A stretch of DNA of 64,000 nucleotides from Candidatus Heimdallarchaeum endolithica (lineage in GTDB: Archaea > Asgardarchaeota > Heimdallarchaeia > Heimdallarchaeales > Heimdallarchaeaceae). Below are positions 37,427-47,307 of the stretch, in pieces (within the stretch, counting starts at the first letter, position 1; every line of letters begins with the position of its first letter). The stretch is from positions 1,440,001 to 1,504,000 of the forward strand of contig CP084167.1 in the NCBI GenBank assembly GCA_021513715.1, written 5' to 3'. Under the pieces are notes generated by a model, which was not told where the DNA came from, searched no databases, and saw only the letters and a program-made list of their open reading frames with translations. A program made the translations under genes and the position numbers.

Positions 37427-39490
37427 CTGCAATTCAAGAGAAGTGACGTTTTTAATTTAGAATCAATAGAAGTCTCATTACCAACTAGATTTCAAAACAT
37501 TATACTAAAGAAACTTTATCTATTTAGAGAATTAAATATACAAAAGATTGCAGAACAATTAACAATAGAACCTGATAAAGTTAAAGAATATATTCGATTT
37601 CTAATTCAAAGCATGGTTTTAAGAGGGTTTTATAAAAAAGAGACATTTTACGTTAATGCTTTCTATTTATGGCCATTTGTTGAATCACTTAATCTAAACG
37701 AATTACAATATATAATTATGGGTTTATTGTCTTCCAAAAGAGTTATGCCCTTTACTGATGTTGCTAACTTCTTAAAACTAACTAAAGAACAACTAATATT
37801 ACAACTAGAAAACTTGATCTATCGAGGAGTTATTATTTGTTATATTAAAAAAAACAATATTGTAACTGACTGGATATGGAGACCATTAGAAGAAATTAAG
37901 ATTTCCAATCAAGATATCTGCATAATTGGAACTGCAATGATGCTCAGAAAAGCTAATATTGAAAACATTGCAAAGTTATTAAAATATCCAAAAGAAGAAG
38001 TTATACAAAAAATTTCTAAATTACTTTTATTTAGAAAAATAGAAGCTGAATTCATCATTAAAACTAATTTTTTTGCTAAAGATACTATTTCAATAATTGT
38101 TAAAAAATTCATCATCCAACCTGAGAAAAAAGATTTAAGTTTACTTCCCGCAAATGAAAAAGAGGTTGTAGGCTTTCTTTTACTTACAAAAAAAGCAAAG
38201 TTAAAAACAATTAGTCGATTTATAGAAAAACCGATTCATGAAACAGTTTCATTACTTGCTTCGTTAACTGCAAGAGGTACATTTCAATTCATTTTTACAT
38301 CAAAAAACACCGTTAGACCTGTTCTCGTACCAGATATGAAACCTACAAGAACAATAGAAGAAATGTCCTCCTTATCTTTCTTCAACTATGAAGCCTTATT
38401 AGGCATGTTAACCACGAGAAAGAAGATAAAAGTTAAGAAACTTTCTTTTTGGATGAATAGAGAAGACGATGAAATCATTGAAGCGTTAATTAACTTGTAC
38501 CTAGAAGGCTTCATATCATGTACTTTAGTAAGAAAAGTAATATACATTGATGGAATATTTCAATATAGTAGAACACAAGAAGGGAGTTTAGAACGGTGGG
38601 AAAAAATAATTCTTGGGATGGTTATCGCAAAAACTGTTATCTCTGTAAAAGATATAAAGAAATCTTTTTGTACAGAAAATCTCATAGCACGTGAAAAATT
38701 ATATTCCTTCTATGGAAAAGGACTAATAAAAGGAGAATTAATAGATTATAGAGTTAACAGTAAATTAATTCCAAAAGAGATACCTATCTTTCCTCCTCTA
38801 AATCAAATTGAAGATTTTCCAATTCACTATCAGGAAATCTTTGGATATATAGTTTCAAATATTACAGTAAAAGTTCCAATAATGGCTAAATTATGGAATA
38901 AAAGCAAAAATGCAATCAAAAACATCATTTATGAGTTAACAGGAGCAGGGCTGACAAATGTCATTCAAAATCGTAACACCTTTATTCTACAATCAGCCCA
39001 GAAATATTATCCAACACAAGAAATAAACTCATTAGGCCATGAATATGTACAAATAATTAACGAGATTGAGAAAAGTAAAAGAAGAAGAGTAAAAATAGAG
39101 AATATTCAGAAAAGAGTAAATATTCCTAAGAACGACATTTTCAAGATTATTTGTCAATTATTAGCTCATGGTTATTACAAGGGCACAATTTCAGAAAAAG
39201 TATTCATTAAAAAAGGAAAACTTATTCTTCCTGCTGGAAAACTTAAATGTTACTACTGTGGGCACATTATTGAAGATAGCCACCGCCCTTGTCCAAATTG
39301 TTCAAAGTCACAGCCATTATGTATTATTTGTAACGGTTTAATTAAAAAAGGACAAGATCTACTTGAATGCCCCAATTGCGAAAATGTTGGGCATAAAGAG
39401 CATATGCTTAAATGGATTTCAATAAAAGAAGAATGCCCAATTTGTAAAACGCAGATATCCAAAAGGAATCTTGTAGAAAAAACAGCTTAA
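37427..39490 (+). CDS. Tandem winged-helix (PCI-like) repeat protein with C-terminal zinc ribbon and RING-H2-like finger; probable CTG start
   Basis: About 8 WH-like repeats; C-terminus CYYC..CPNC..CIIC..CPNC..GHKEH..W..CPIC; frame is open to 37421 and GGTGA (37416-37420) precedes CTG at 37427. Confidence 0.72.
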   Translation: MQFKRSDVFNLESIEVSLPTRFQNIILKKLYLFRELNIQKIAEQLTIEPDKVKEYIRFLIQSMVLRGFYKKETFYVNAFYLWPFVESLNLNELQYIIMGLLSSKRVMPFTDVANFLKLTKEQLILQLENLIYRGVIICYIKKNNIVTDWIWRPLEEIKISNQDICIIGTAMMLRKANIENIAKLLKYPKEEVIQKISKLLLFRKIEAEFIIKTNFFAKDTISIIVKKFIIQPEKKDLSLLPANEKEVVGFLLLTKKAKLKTISRFIEKPIHETVSLLASLTARGTFQFIFTSKNTVRPVLVPDMKPTRTIEEMSSLSFFNYEALLGMLTTRKKIKVKKLSFWMNREDDEIIEALINLYLEGFISCTLVRKVIYIDGIFQYSRTQEGSLERWEKIILGMVIAKTVISVKDIKKSFCTENLIAREKLYSFYGKGLIKGELIDYRVNSKLIPKEIPIFPPLNQIEDFPIHYQEIFGYIVSNITVKVPIMAKLWNKSKNAIKNIIYELTGAGLTNVIQNRNTFILQSAQKYYPTQEINSLGHEYVQIINEIEKSKRRRVKIENIQKRVNIPKNDIFKIICQLLAHGYYKGTISEKVFIKKGKLILPAGKLKCYYCGHIIEDSHRPCPNCSKSQPLCIICNGLIKKGQDLLECPNCENVGHKEHMLKWISIKEECPICKTQISKRNLVEKTA

Positions 39491-39507
39491 ATATGCTTGA
39501 TATGCAA

Positions 39508-40260
39508 CTAGCTCGTTTTATCCTTTTTATTTACATATTCATCTGAAACAATTTTCCCGTCGTGCATAGTAATTTGCCTTTGAGCTAGTTTTGCTTGTTC
39601 TATGTTATGAGTAACGAAAATTAACGTTTTTTCTTTCTTTTTTGCTATACTCATAAGTAAATTTATCACACTATTACCTGTTTTACTATCTAAATTGCCT
39701 GTTGGTTCATCAGCTAATATTATCTTCGGGTCATTAGCCAAACTACGAGCTATAGCAACTCTTTGTTGTTCTCCTCCAGATAATTGATCAGGTTTATGAT
39801 TTCCTCGTTCTTCTAAACCAACTAGATCTAACAATTCTTTGACCCTCTTTTTTCTAAACTCTTTTGGTTTTTTTGCAAGAATTAAAGGCATTTCAATGTT
39901 TTTTGCTGCACTGAGCTCCTCAAGTAAATTAAATTGTTGAAAAACATAACCTAAAGTATCTCTTCGCAAACAGCTTAACTCTCTTTCAGAAAGTGTTGCT
40001 AAATTATTTCCTTCAATAAAAATTGCACCTTTATCTGGATAATCTAAAGCTCCAATCAAATTTAAAAGCGTAGTCTTTCCGCTCCCAGACACCCCTACTA
40101 TTGATATTATCTCCCCTTCGATAATTGATAAATTTATATTTGACAATGCATGAACAATAGAATCGCCTAATTTATATTGTTTATATAAGTTTTTTATCAC
40201 TAAAATATTATTTCCATAATCTATTTTTTTTGCAGATTTTTTTTTATTTATCTGAAACAT
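39508..40260 (-). CDS. ABC transporter ATP-binding protein (LolD/MacB-like)
   Basis: [39 protein letters not shown] and VTH motifs. Confidence 0.93.
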   Translation of the reverse strand: MFQINKKKSAKKIDYGNNILVIKNLYKQYKLGDSIVHALSNINLSIIEGEIISIVGVSGSGKTTLLNLIGALDYPDKGAIFIEGNNLATLSERELSCLRRDTLGYVFQQFNLLEELSAAKNIEMPLILAKKPKEFRKKRVKELLDLVGLEERGNHKPDQLSGGEQQRVAIARSLANDPKIILADEPTGNLDSKTGNSVINLLMSIAKKKEKTLIFVTHNIEQAKLAQRQITMHDGKIVSDEYVNKKDKTS

Positions 40261-40267
40261 CTACATC

Positions 40268-40603
40268 TCACTTTTTACGCATATTATTTAATTTTTCTCT
40301 TGGAAATCTGTTTTTCATTATTTTGAATTCTTCTATCCATGCTTTCTCAAGATCAACATCTAAAACCAAAGAAAGTTGTAACAATAGAGAAAAAGATTGA
40401 GCTAATTCTCTTTGAAGATCATATTTTTGAGGTCGTATATGCCCCATAGATTCTGTTTTATAATTTATATCAAAGAGGATGTGTTTTCCTACTTCACCAA
40501 GCTCTTCAATTAAATGAATAAAAACTGCATATGCAGGAAAATTAAGCCAATCTCTTTGAATTAGGAAATCTTTTAGTTCATTTACAATTTCTTTGAATTC
40601 CAT
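40268..40603 (-). CDS. MazG-like nucleotide pyrophosphohydrolase
   Basis: HLIEELGEV...RELA, DLEKA and RFP motifs. Confidence 0.8.
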   Translation of the reverse strand: MEFKEIVNELKDFLIQRDWLNFPAYAVFIHLIEELGEVGKHILFDINYKTESMGHIRPQKYDLQRELAQSFSLLLQLSLVLDVDLEKAWIEEFKIMKNRFPREKLNNMRKK

Positions 40604-40859
40604 ATTGAAAAATGTATCTTGATAATATTTATAAATATCCGTTTTATTATATTATAAAATTGCATAAAGCTAAAATGATAACAAAGCACAATAAAAACAA
40701 AGTAAAGGCGGTATTTCAACATGATAACATGTGGTTGAAAATTGTTCTTTGTTTATCTATCTGTAAATAATAACAAATCTATAAATATAATACAGCACAA
40801 GTTGAGTAAGAACTTTGGAGCTAATCAAACTGAAAAACTAAAGGGGTGTTTAATCTAGT

Positions 40860-42641
40860 TTGCCAAGAAAGCAGAATAAAAATAAAAAAATTGATCATAT
40901 TTTGCAAAGTAGTGACAAACTATTGGATTTTATCACCTCTGAAATATTAAATGCAACAGAAAAAATTTATGCTTGTTTTCCTCCTGGAGAGAAATTTGGG
41001 AAACTTTTCGAATTTAAGCAAGAAACCTTTTTCTCCGCTTTTAAGAAAAACTTTCTGCCAATAAAAGAAACCTTAATGAAAGACATTAACAATTTTTCAA
41101 GAGAAAAAATTAACAAATTATTAATTGTAGGGAATCTATTTTTTGAGTTAAACGATTTGGATTCTGCATTAAAAATTTATAAAAAAATAGTAAAATTAGA
41201 TCCTACAAACATATATGCTTGGAGCAATTTACTAACGATTTATCTAGAAAAAGAAAAAACACAAAAGGCTCTTGAATGTTATATCCATATTCCACCTAGT
41301 TTTCTTCAGAATACTCTTTACGAAAAAATAAATAGAAAACTTGATGCTTATAGGATATTAAATATCTCATCTTTAGTTTCATACGAAGAAACGATTTTTT
41401 CAATTTCAAACACAGAAATTATGTCTGAGGGGCAGAAAGCAGAATATGAGAACAAATTAAGAGAACTCTACTCAGGCATAGAATTTGCAAAAGGTCAAGA
41501 AGCATTAGCAAATGGTGAAATAGATGAAGCACTGATTTACTTCACAGGGCTAACAGGAAAGTATCCTAAAAGTGACATTCTATTTTATATTTTAGGAAAA
41601 ACTGCACTTGATGGTAAACATTTTGTAATTTCAGAAGAGTACTTAAAAAAAGCAATAAAATTGGTAAACAATGTTCCTGAGTATTGGATAGCTTTATCAA
41701 GATGTTTTTTTGAGCAACACAAAAATGAACAAGCAGTTAAAGCTTTAAAAACAGCATTAACTCTTAATCCTTCAAATCCAGATGCGTGGGAACTAGCAGG
41801 CAAGATGATAAAAATTCTTGAAGCCTTAAACGAATATAATCATCTAATTGATAAGTTAAAAACTATTTCCATGAACAATGCATATTCCTTATTTGCAAAT
41901 GGACTTATAACAGCTAAGAAATACGCTACAGCTCTGAAAATATTACAATATGGAACGGAAAAATTTCCTAATGATGTTGGTTTACTCGAAAAACTTGCTC
42001 TTGTTTATGAAAGAATGATGAAGTTTGATGAGGCTATTACTATTTACGAAAAACTTATTCGAGTAGGAAATAACAGTCAAAAATATCTGAGGAAAATAAC
42101 CTCTATACTTACAATCTTACATGATGATACACGATTAGTAAAGATTCTTAAAATGGTATCTGCTTATATCCCAATAAATGAACCTGCCTTGTGGGATAAG
42201 ATAGGAAACATTTTGCTTAAAGCAAAAGACTACTTTGGAGCTAGTGAAGCTTTTCGCAAAGTAATTTCATTTAATAAAAATGATCCCAAAGTCTTGTTTA
42301 ATTTAGCCTTAACTTATCAAGAGCTTGCGCTATATAAAAAAGCTGAAGAAACATATAATAAAGTAATAGAATTAAATCCGCAGGATCATGCAGCTTTAAA
42401 CAATTTAGGTAATGTTTTAAAAGAACAGAAAAAATATGACGAAGCAATAGAATGTTATAAAAGGGCTGTCCAGATCGAACCAAATAAAGCTATTTCATTT
42501 GCAAACTTAGGGATTCTTTATGAAGAATTAAGATTGAAGAATGAAGCCAAAGACTGTTATAGAAAAGCAAAAGAAATTGCATTAAAGAACAAAGACTATG
42601 ATTCAGCAGCAAAGTTTGAAGAATGGGAAAATTCAGTTTAA
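40860..42641 (+). CDS. Tetratricopeptide repeat protein
   Basis: Multiple TPRs (e.g. ALNNLGNVLKEQKKYDEAIECYKRAVQIEP). Confidence 0.9.
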   Translation: MPRKQNKNKKIDHILQSSDKLLDFITSEILNATEKIYACFPPGEKFGKLFEFKQETFFSAFKKNFLPIKETLMKDINNFSREKINKLLIVGNLFFELNDLDSALKIYKKIVKLDPTNIYAWSNLLTIYLEKEKTQKALECYIHIPPSFLQNTLYEKINRKLDAYRILNISSLVSYEETIFSISNTEIMSEGQKAEYENKLRELYSGIEFAKGQEALANGEIDEALIYFTGLTGKYPKSDILFYILGKTALDGKHFVISEEYLKKAIKLVNNVPEYWIALSRCFFEQHKNEQAVKALKTALTLNPSNPDAWELAGKMIKILEALNEYNHLIDKLKTISMNNAYSLFANGLITAKKYATALKILQYGTEKFPNDVGLLEKLALVYERMMKFDEAITIYEKLIRVGNNSQKYLRKITSILTILHDDTRLVKILKMVSAYIPINEPALWDKIGNILLKAKDYFGASEAFRKVISFNKNDPKVLFNLALTYQELALYKKAEETYNKVIELNPQDHAALNNLGNVLKEQKKYDEAIECYKRAVQIEPNKAISFANLGILYEELRLKNEAKDCYRKAKEIALKNKDYDSAAKFEEWENSV

Positions 42642-42655
42642 TACTTTTGATAAAA

Positions 42656-43186
42656 ATGGAAAAGAAAAAAGAATGGGCAATAGCTCAAGAGAAAATTACC
42701 AAGTATATAGAAAAACTAGGTTTTGATGTTTGGAAAGAAAGAAGAATAAATAATAAACGTGTTGATATCCTCGCCAAAAAAGTTTCTGGTGATAAGATAA
42801 TTTATCTTGTGTTTGAGATTAAACACTATAACCGAGTACATGCATACAATGAACGAGAGTTTTTTTTGCAAATTCAAGATTATGTTAAAGAATTACTACT
42901 CCGTGAAGTAGCTCGTAAGTCTGCAAAAAAGGTTTTGAGAGATTATTTGATCATTGGCTATCTCGTGTTCACAAACGATTTTGGGATTTTCAAAAATAGA
43001 AAAAAAGATTGGAAAAAGGGTTCTTCTCCTCAAAACAATAAAATTATAAAAGAGATTTGGAAAAGGAAAGTTTCTTTTTTTTATTCCACCCCAGAATTTA
43101 TTAAGAAAAATTTAGAAAGTGTAGGAATAAGTCTGGATAAACAGTTGCTGTTAAACAAATTTTTTGATAGTAAAGAAAATAAATAA
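42656..43186 (+). CDS. PD-(D/E)XK nuclease-like protein
   Basis: LGFDVWKE...RVDILAKK...FEIKHY restriction-endonuclease-fold motif; the ATG at 42656 avoids overlap with the TPR gene. Confidence 0.65.
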   Translation: MEKKKEWAIAQEKITKYIEKLGFDVWKERRINNKRVDILAKKVSGDKIIYLVFEIKHYNRVHAYNEREFFLQIQDYVKELLLREVARKSAKKVLRDYLIIGYLVFTNDFGIFKNRKKDWKKGSSPQNNKIIKEIWKRKVSFFYSTPEFIKKNLESVGISLDKQLLLNKFFDSKENK

Positions 43187-43222
43187 AAATAAAAGTAAGA
43201 AAAAAGACTGTTATCTTGAAAG

Positions 43223-44158
43223 ATGAGTAAACTTGAAGACAGTATTAGAGAACATTTAGTTGCAATTCATATATTAGATGAGGGCATTAATGTTCACTCA
43301 GAACAACTTCAGAGCATTAGCAATATTGATAATGTACTTTTATTTGGTTTTTTGACAGCATTATATAATTACACTTTTGCAATAGGTCAAGAAAAAATTT
43401 TAAACATTGATTTAGAGCAATATAAAATCATATTTCAAGAATTAAAAGATAATAAACTGTTAGTAGTCATCACTGATTCCCTAGTAGATAACAAGAATGA
43501 AAAGAATCTTGTTGAAAAAATTAAACTTCGATATGAAGTACTTACTTATGACAAAGATATAAGTGAAATCGATTCATTACTCACAGTTGAAGATGGAATA
43601 ATACCCTTAGAACTTATAGCTGAAATAAGAAGTAAAGGAACAATGCTTGCTAAACAAGAAGAATTAAATAAAAGAAACATGGAAATTCAAAAAGAAATAG
43701 ACATTCCAAAAATAAAAACTGAAAAATTCTTCTTTAATAATATTTTAGATGAAGGAATTATTGACACAGACAAAGAGGTAAAAATCAGAAAAACCATATC
43801 TAATTTCTTTTTAGGTTATAAAAATTTATTATTATGCATCTTTGCATATAATATTAAGGATAAATTTTGTATTTTCTCTTTTGGGAGAAGTTCTCAAGTT
43901 GAAAATCGTGTTGAGTTTATTAATTATATAATTAATGAAACTCTAACCAAAGTCTCAAATAAAGAGAGTAGTAATCTAAAACAGGTTGAGTATGAAGGAA
44001 AAAAATTTTGGGTTGATATGTTTCTTGATCAAGAAAAACATTTGAGTTATGTTTTTCTCTCAACATCTAAAAGTGAATTGGTAAGCTTAGAAGTTCATAT
44101 AAAAAGAATATCCACTTTCATTTATAGATTATTTCAAAAAGGAATGATAGATTCATAA
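43223..44158 (+). CDS. Longin-like domain protein
   Basis: AIHILDEGINV...LLFGFLTALYNYT...ILNIDLEQYKIIF...LLVVITD pattern typical of Asgard longin domains; possible second alpha/beta domain. Confidence 0.6.
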   Translation: MSKLEDSIREHLVAIHILDEGINVHSEQLQSISNIDNVLLFGFLTALYNYTFAIGQEKILNIDLEQYKIIFQELKDNKLLVVITDSLVDNKNEKNLVEKIKLRYEVLTYDKDISEIDSLLTVEDGIIPLELIAEIRSKGTMLAKQEELNKRNMEIQKEIDIPKIKTEKFFFNNILDEGIIDTDKEVKIRKTISNFFLGYKNLLLCIFAYNIKDKFCIFSFGRSSQVENRVEFINYIINETLTKVSNKESSNLKQVEYEGKKFWVDMFLDQEKHLSYVFLSTSKSELVSLEVHIKRISTFIYRLFQKGMIDS

Positions 44159-44268
44159 ACTAGATATTTAGCAAGATTATAATTTCAATTAGTCACACAA
44201 ATATCCACAAAGTTAAAAAAGAAAAAGATTGAAATAACAGTTATAGAATTAATGAATGAGGAATATTT

Positions 44269-44649
44269 ATGAGTATCTCTGGTCAAGAAATGGAAAAATT
44301 GCTACAAGAGTTTTCTGAGAATACAGAAGGAGTTTTAGGTTGTTCTATTATACTTGCAAAAGATGCCTTGATGTTAGCTGAAGCTTCTCAGAAATATGAT
44401 AGTATGGTAATTCAATGGTTAAGTGAACGTATCTTATCTATGGCAAAAGAATCACTTAAACAGCTAATGAACGATTACCATTTACAGAGTGTGACTATTG
44501 AAGAAGAGAATCACCTAATCTTTCTGAGACCAGTAGGAACAGAATATTATCTCGTCTTTATTCTAAACAAGGAAGAAAATAGAGGTTTAATCGAATACAA
44601 TATAAAAAGACTTCAAGAAAAACTCAGCAAAGCATTAGGATTGCAATAA
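44269..44649 (+). CDS. Roadblock/LC7 domain protein
   Basis: LQEF...GVLGCSII..DALML, LQSVTIE, VGTEYYLVFI and NRGLI pattern; 126 aa. Confidence 0.85.
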   Translation: MSISGQEMEKLLQEFSENTEGVLGCSIILAKDALMLAEASQKYDSMVIQWLSERILSMAKESLKQLMNDYHLQSVTIEEENHLIFLRPVGTEYYLVFILNKEENRGLIEYNIKRLQEKLSKALGLQ

Positions 44650-44669
44650 AAAAGTCTAAGAGGATTGTA

Positions 44670-45044
44670 ATGAATATCACAACACTTAAAATTCTTTCAA
44701 AAATAGCAAAGGATAAAAGGAATTTAAAATTTAGTTTTATTTCTCCTAAAACAAAAGAAATACTTTGTACAGCTGCAACATTAGAAGACCTATATAAGTG
44801 CATTTTAAACTTGGATCCAGAGATTATTAAAAACCATGTCACTTTAGATGAAGAATCTCCTGAAGAAACCAGAGATCTTGCTTTTTGGGTTCAATATATT
44901 CTTGCAGATTCAGACCTTTCCATGAAAATATACACTGTTGCTAAAAGATTTAAAGATGATGCTGAAAAACTAAAATTAGAATTAATAAATCTCTTATTCA
45001 CAAGACTGTTAAATATATCTGAAATTTCTTCTATTCCTGAGTAG
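44670..45044 (+). CDS. DUF5752-like protein
   Basis: AATLEDL...IIKNHV...DLAFWVQYILADSDL pattern. Confidence 0.55.
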   Translation: MNITTLKILSKIAKDKRNLKFSFISPKTKEILCTAATLEDLYKCILNLDPEIIKNHVTLDEESPEETRDLAFWVQYILADSDLSMKIYTVAKRFKDDAEKLKLELINLLFTRLLNISEISSIPE

Positions 45045-45110
45045 TTATTTTTCTTCAATCAATATATTTTTGAAACATTTAATTGACAGTTAGGTCAATA
45101 ACAAAAGAAG

Positions 45111-47246
45111 ATGGTGTTTGAAATTAGTGTTAAATGTCCAAAGTGTAAAGGAAAAGGAAAGATTCGTAAAGAGAAAACAACATGCCCAGCTTGTTACGGT
45201 GTAGGAAAAACTTCTTTTTCCCTAAGTGGTAAAGGTGTAGAGGGAGATATTTGTAAGAAATGCAACGGAACAGGAAAAATAACAATTTATGAGAAATGCC
45301 CAGTATGTGATGGAAAAAAAACAGTATTCATATGTAAAAATTGTAAAAATATAATGAAAACACCAAGTAAATCAGGATTATGCCCTGCTTGTGAATCACA
45401 AAAAAAACCTATAATCTATAAGTTACGTCCTCCTATAGACTCACAGCTTATTAGGAATGGTATGGTCTTTTTAGGGAGAGTAGATCAAATCAAGAATTTC
45501 GGAGTGTTTATTAAGCTAGCAGAAGATGTTAAAGTTTTAATAAGAAAAGAAGATATGAGCGACGAATATGCTTGGGATTTAGGAGAAGAAGTTCAAATTA
45601 AGATAAAAAACGTAAGTGATTCTGGTAAACTTTATGGTAAATCAGTAAACATAAAAGATTATTCTCTATTATCAATGAGAGGAAGGGTAAGAGATGTTCA
45701 AATAAAGGAAATCACTCATGAGAGAGTAGGAGCATTTTTATCATTTAAAGCTCAAGTTGTATCTATTTTGCAGACTTCAGGGCCAACTAGATTTACTTTT
45801 GCAGATGCAACAGGTTCAATTAATGGAGCAGCATTTATTAAAGCAGGAGAAAGAGCCTTCCCTGAAATCACAGAAGATATGGTTGTAGAGTGTTTTGGAG
45901 AAGTAACAGAATTTAAAGAGTCCTTACAGATTGAAATTCAAGATATTGAAGCTCTTGAAGAAAAAGAAACAAAAAAACTGTTGAATGAGATTGAAATTGC
46001 TTTAGATAAGAAAGCAACACCTGCAGAGTTGGACTTTACAGTCAAGTCAGAAATATTATCAAAGTTAAAACCAGACATTATTAAAGCAGCAAAAAGAATA
46101 AGAAAAGCAATTTTTACTGGACAACCAATTTATATTAGACACCATGCAGATGCAGATGGAGTTGTAGCTGGTTTTTCTGTACAACAAGCCCTAATACAAT
46201 TGATGGAAGAAGAAGGATATGATGCTGATACAATTAGAATCAGAATAAAAAGACTTCCTAATAAACCACCATTTTATGACCCTATTGATGTTGTTAAGGA
46301 TCTTGATTTTGCTTTAGCAGATAAAGAAAGGTTCGGAGATAAATTGCCATTAATCATTTGCTTAGATTTTGGCTCTTCTATGGAATCCATTCTTCCTTAT
46401 CTACAAATAAAAGCACTTGGATTAGAAATAATTGTTGTAGATCATCATTTTCCTGATGAAGAAATAAGAGAAATTGTTGATCTTCATATCAACCCTTATT
46501 TTGTAGGAGGAGGATATGAAATCTCAGGAGGAATGCTAGGCTATGAACTTGCTAGATTTATACATCCTACAGTTATTACTGATTCAATGAAACATTTACC
46601 TGCCATTGCAGGACTTATGGATAGAGTAGAAGGAAATGAGATCAAAGAATATATTAATTTAGCAAAAGAGAAGGGCTATTCAGAAGAAGACTTGAAAACG
46701 ATTGGTATAGCAGTAGATTATGAACTATACCAATTGAAATTCAGTGAAGGAACTAATTTGATGAAAATACTATTTGGAGTAGATACCAATAGTGAATGGC
46801 ATAAACAAATGTTCAAAATTTTGGGTGAAGAAGCAAAAAAGTTAATGGATAACACTCTAAAAAGTGTACTTCCACATGTTAAACAAAAAACCTTAGAAAA
46901 TAATGTCATATTAACACAAATTGATGTTGAGCTCTTTTCCCACAGATTTACATTTCCCAATCCTGGGAAAATTACTGGGATGGTTTTTGATCACTTTGTT
47001 GAAAAAAACGGAAACAAACCTGTAGTTACACTTGGTGAAGGACCTGATTTTCTCATTTTACGCTCCAAAGGACTAGCAATAAATTTTCCAGAAGTTGTAA
47101 AGTTAATGCAAGAGAAAATACCAGAAGCTGATGTTCAGGGGGGAGGACATGAAGTAGTTGGTTCATTAAAATTCTACGAAGGGACAAGAGACAAAGTACT
47201 TGACTTTTTTATTAAATACTTGGCCAAATCATCTCTTACTCTCTAA
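45111..47246 (+). CDS. Archaeal RecJ-like DHH exonuclease with DnaJ-type zinc finger, S1 and OB domains (COG1107, HAN-like)
   Basis: CxxCxGxG repeats, FGVFI S1 motif, QTSGPT, RHHADADG, VVDHH and GGGH motifs. Confidence 0.9.
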   Translation: MVFEISVKCPKCKGKGKIRKEKTTCPACYGVGKTSFSLSGKGVEGDICKKCNGTGKITIYEKCPVCDGKKTVFICKNCKNIMKTPSKSGLCPACESQKKPIIYKLRPPIDSQLIRNGMVFLGRVDQIKNFGVFIKLAEDVKVLIRKEDMSDEYAWDLGEEVQIKIKNVSDSGKLYGKSVNIKDYSLLSMRGRVRDVQIKEITHERVGAFLSFKAQVVSILQTSGPTRFTFADATGSINGAAFIKAGERAFPEITEDMVVECFGEVTEFKESLQIEIQDIEALEEKETKKLLNEIEIALDKKATPAELDFTVKSEILSKLKPDIIKAAKRIRKAIFTGQPIYIRHHADADGVVAGFSVQQALIQLMEEEGYDADTIRIRIKRLPNKPPFYDPIDVVKDLDFALADKERFGDKLPLIICLDFGSSMESILPYLQIKALGLEIIVVDHHFPDEEIREIVDLHINPYFVGGGYEISGGMLGYELARFIHPTVITDSMKHLPAIAGLMDRVEGNEIKEYINLAKEKGYSEEDLKTIGIAVDYELYQLKFSEGTNLMKILFGVDTNSEWHKQMFKILGEEAKKLMDNTLKSVLPHVKQKTLENNVILTQIDVELFSHRFTFPNPGKITGMVFDHFVEKNGNKPVVTLGEGPDFLILRSKGLAINFPEVVKLMQEKIPEADVQGGGHEVVGSLKFYEGTRDKVLDFFIKYLAKSSLTL

Positions 47247-47307
47247 TATTCTTTAATTTTCATTTTTATTTAGCAAGTTTTTTATTTAAGTAAAATAATT
47301 TCATATT

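Noticed and set aside
39508-40260. ATPase partner of the Fe-type ABC transporter at 9305-14230
   Set aside because: It is LolD/MacB exporter-type, lacks the C-terminal TOBE extension of FbpC-type ATPases and lies 25 kb away.
40714-40740. Imperfect hairpin TTTCAAC...GTTGAAA in the MazG/TPR intergenic region
   Set aside because: Short, bulged and AT-rich; not distinguishable from chance without comparative data.
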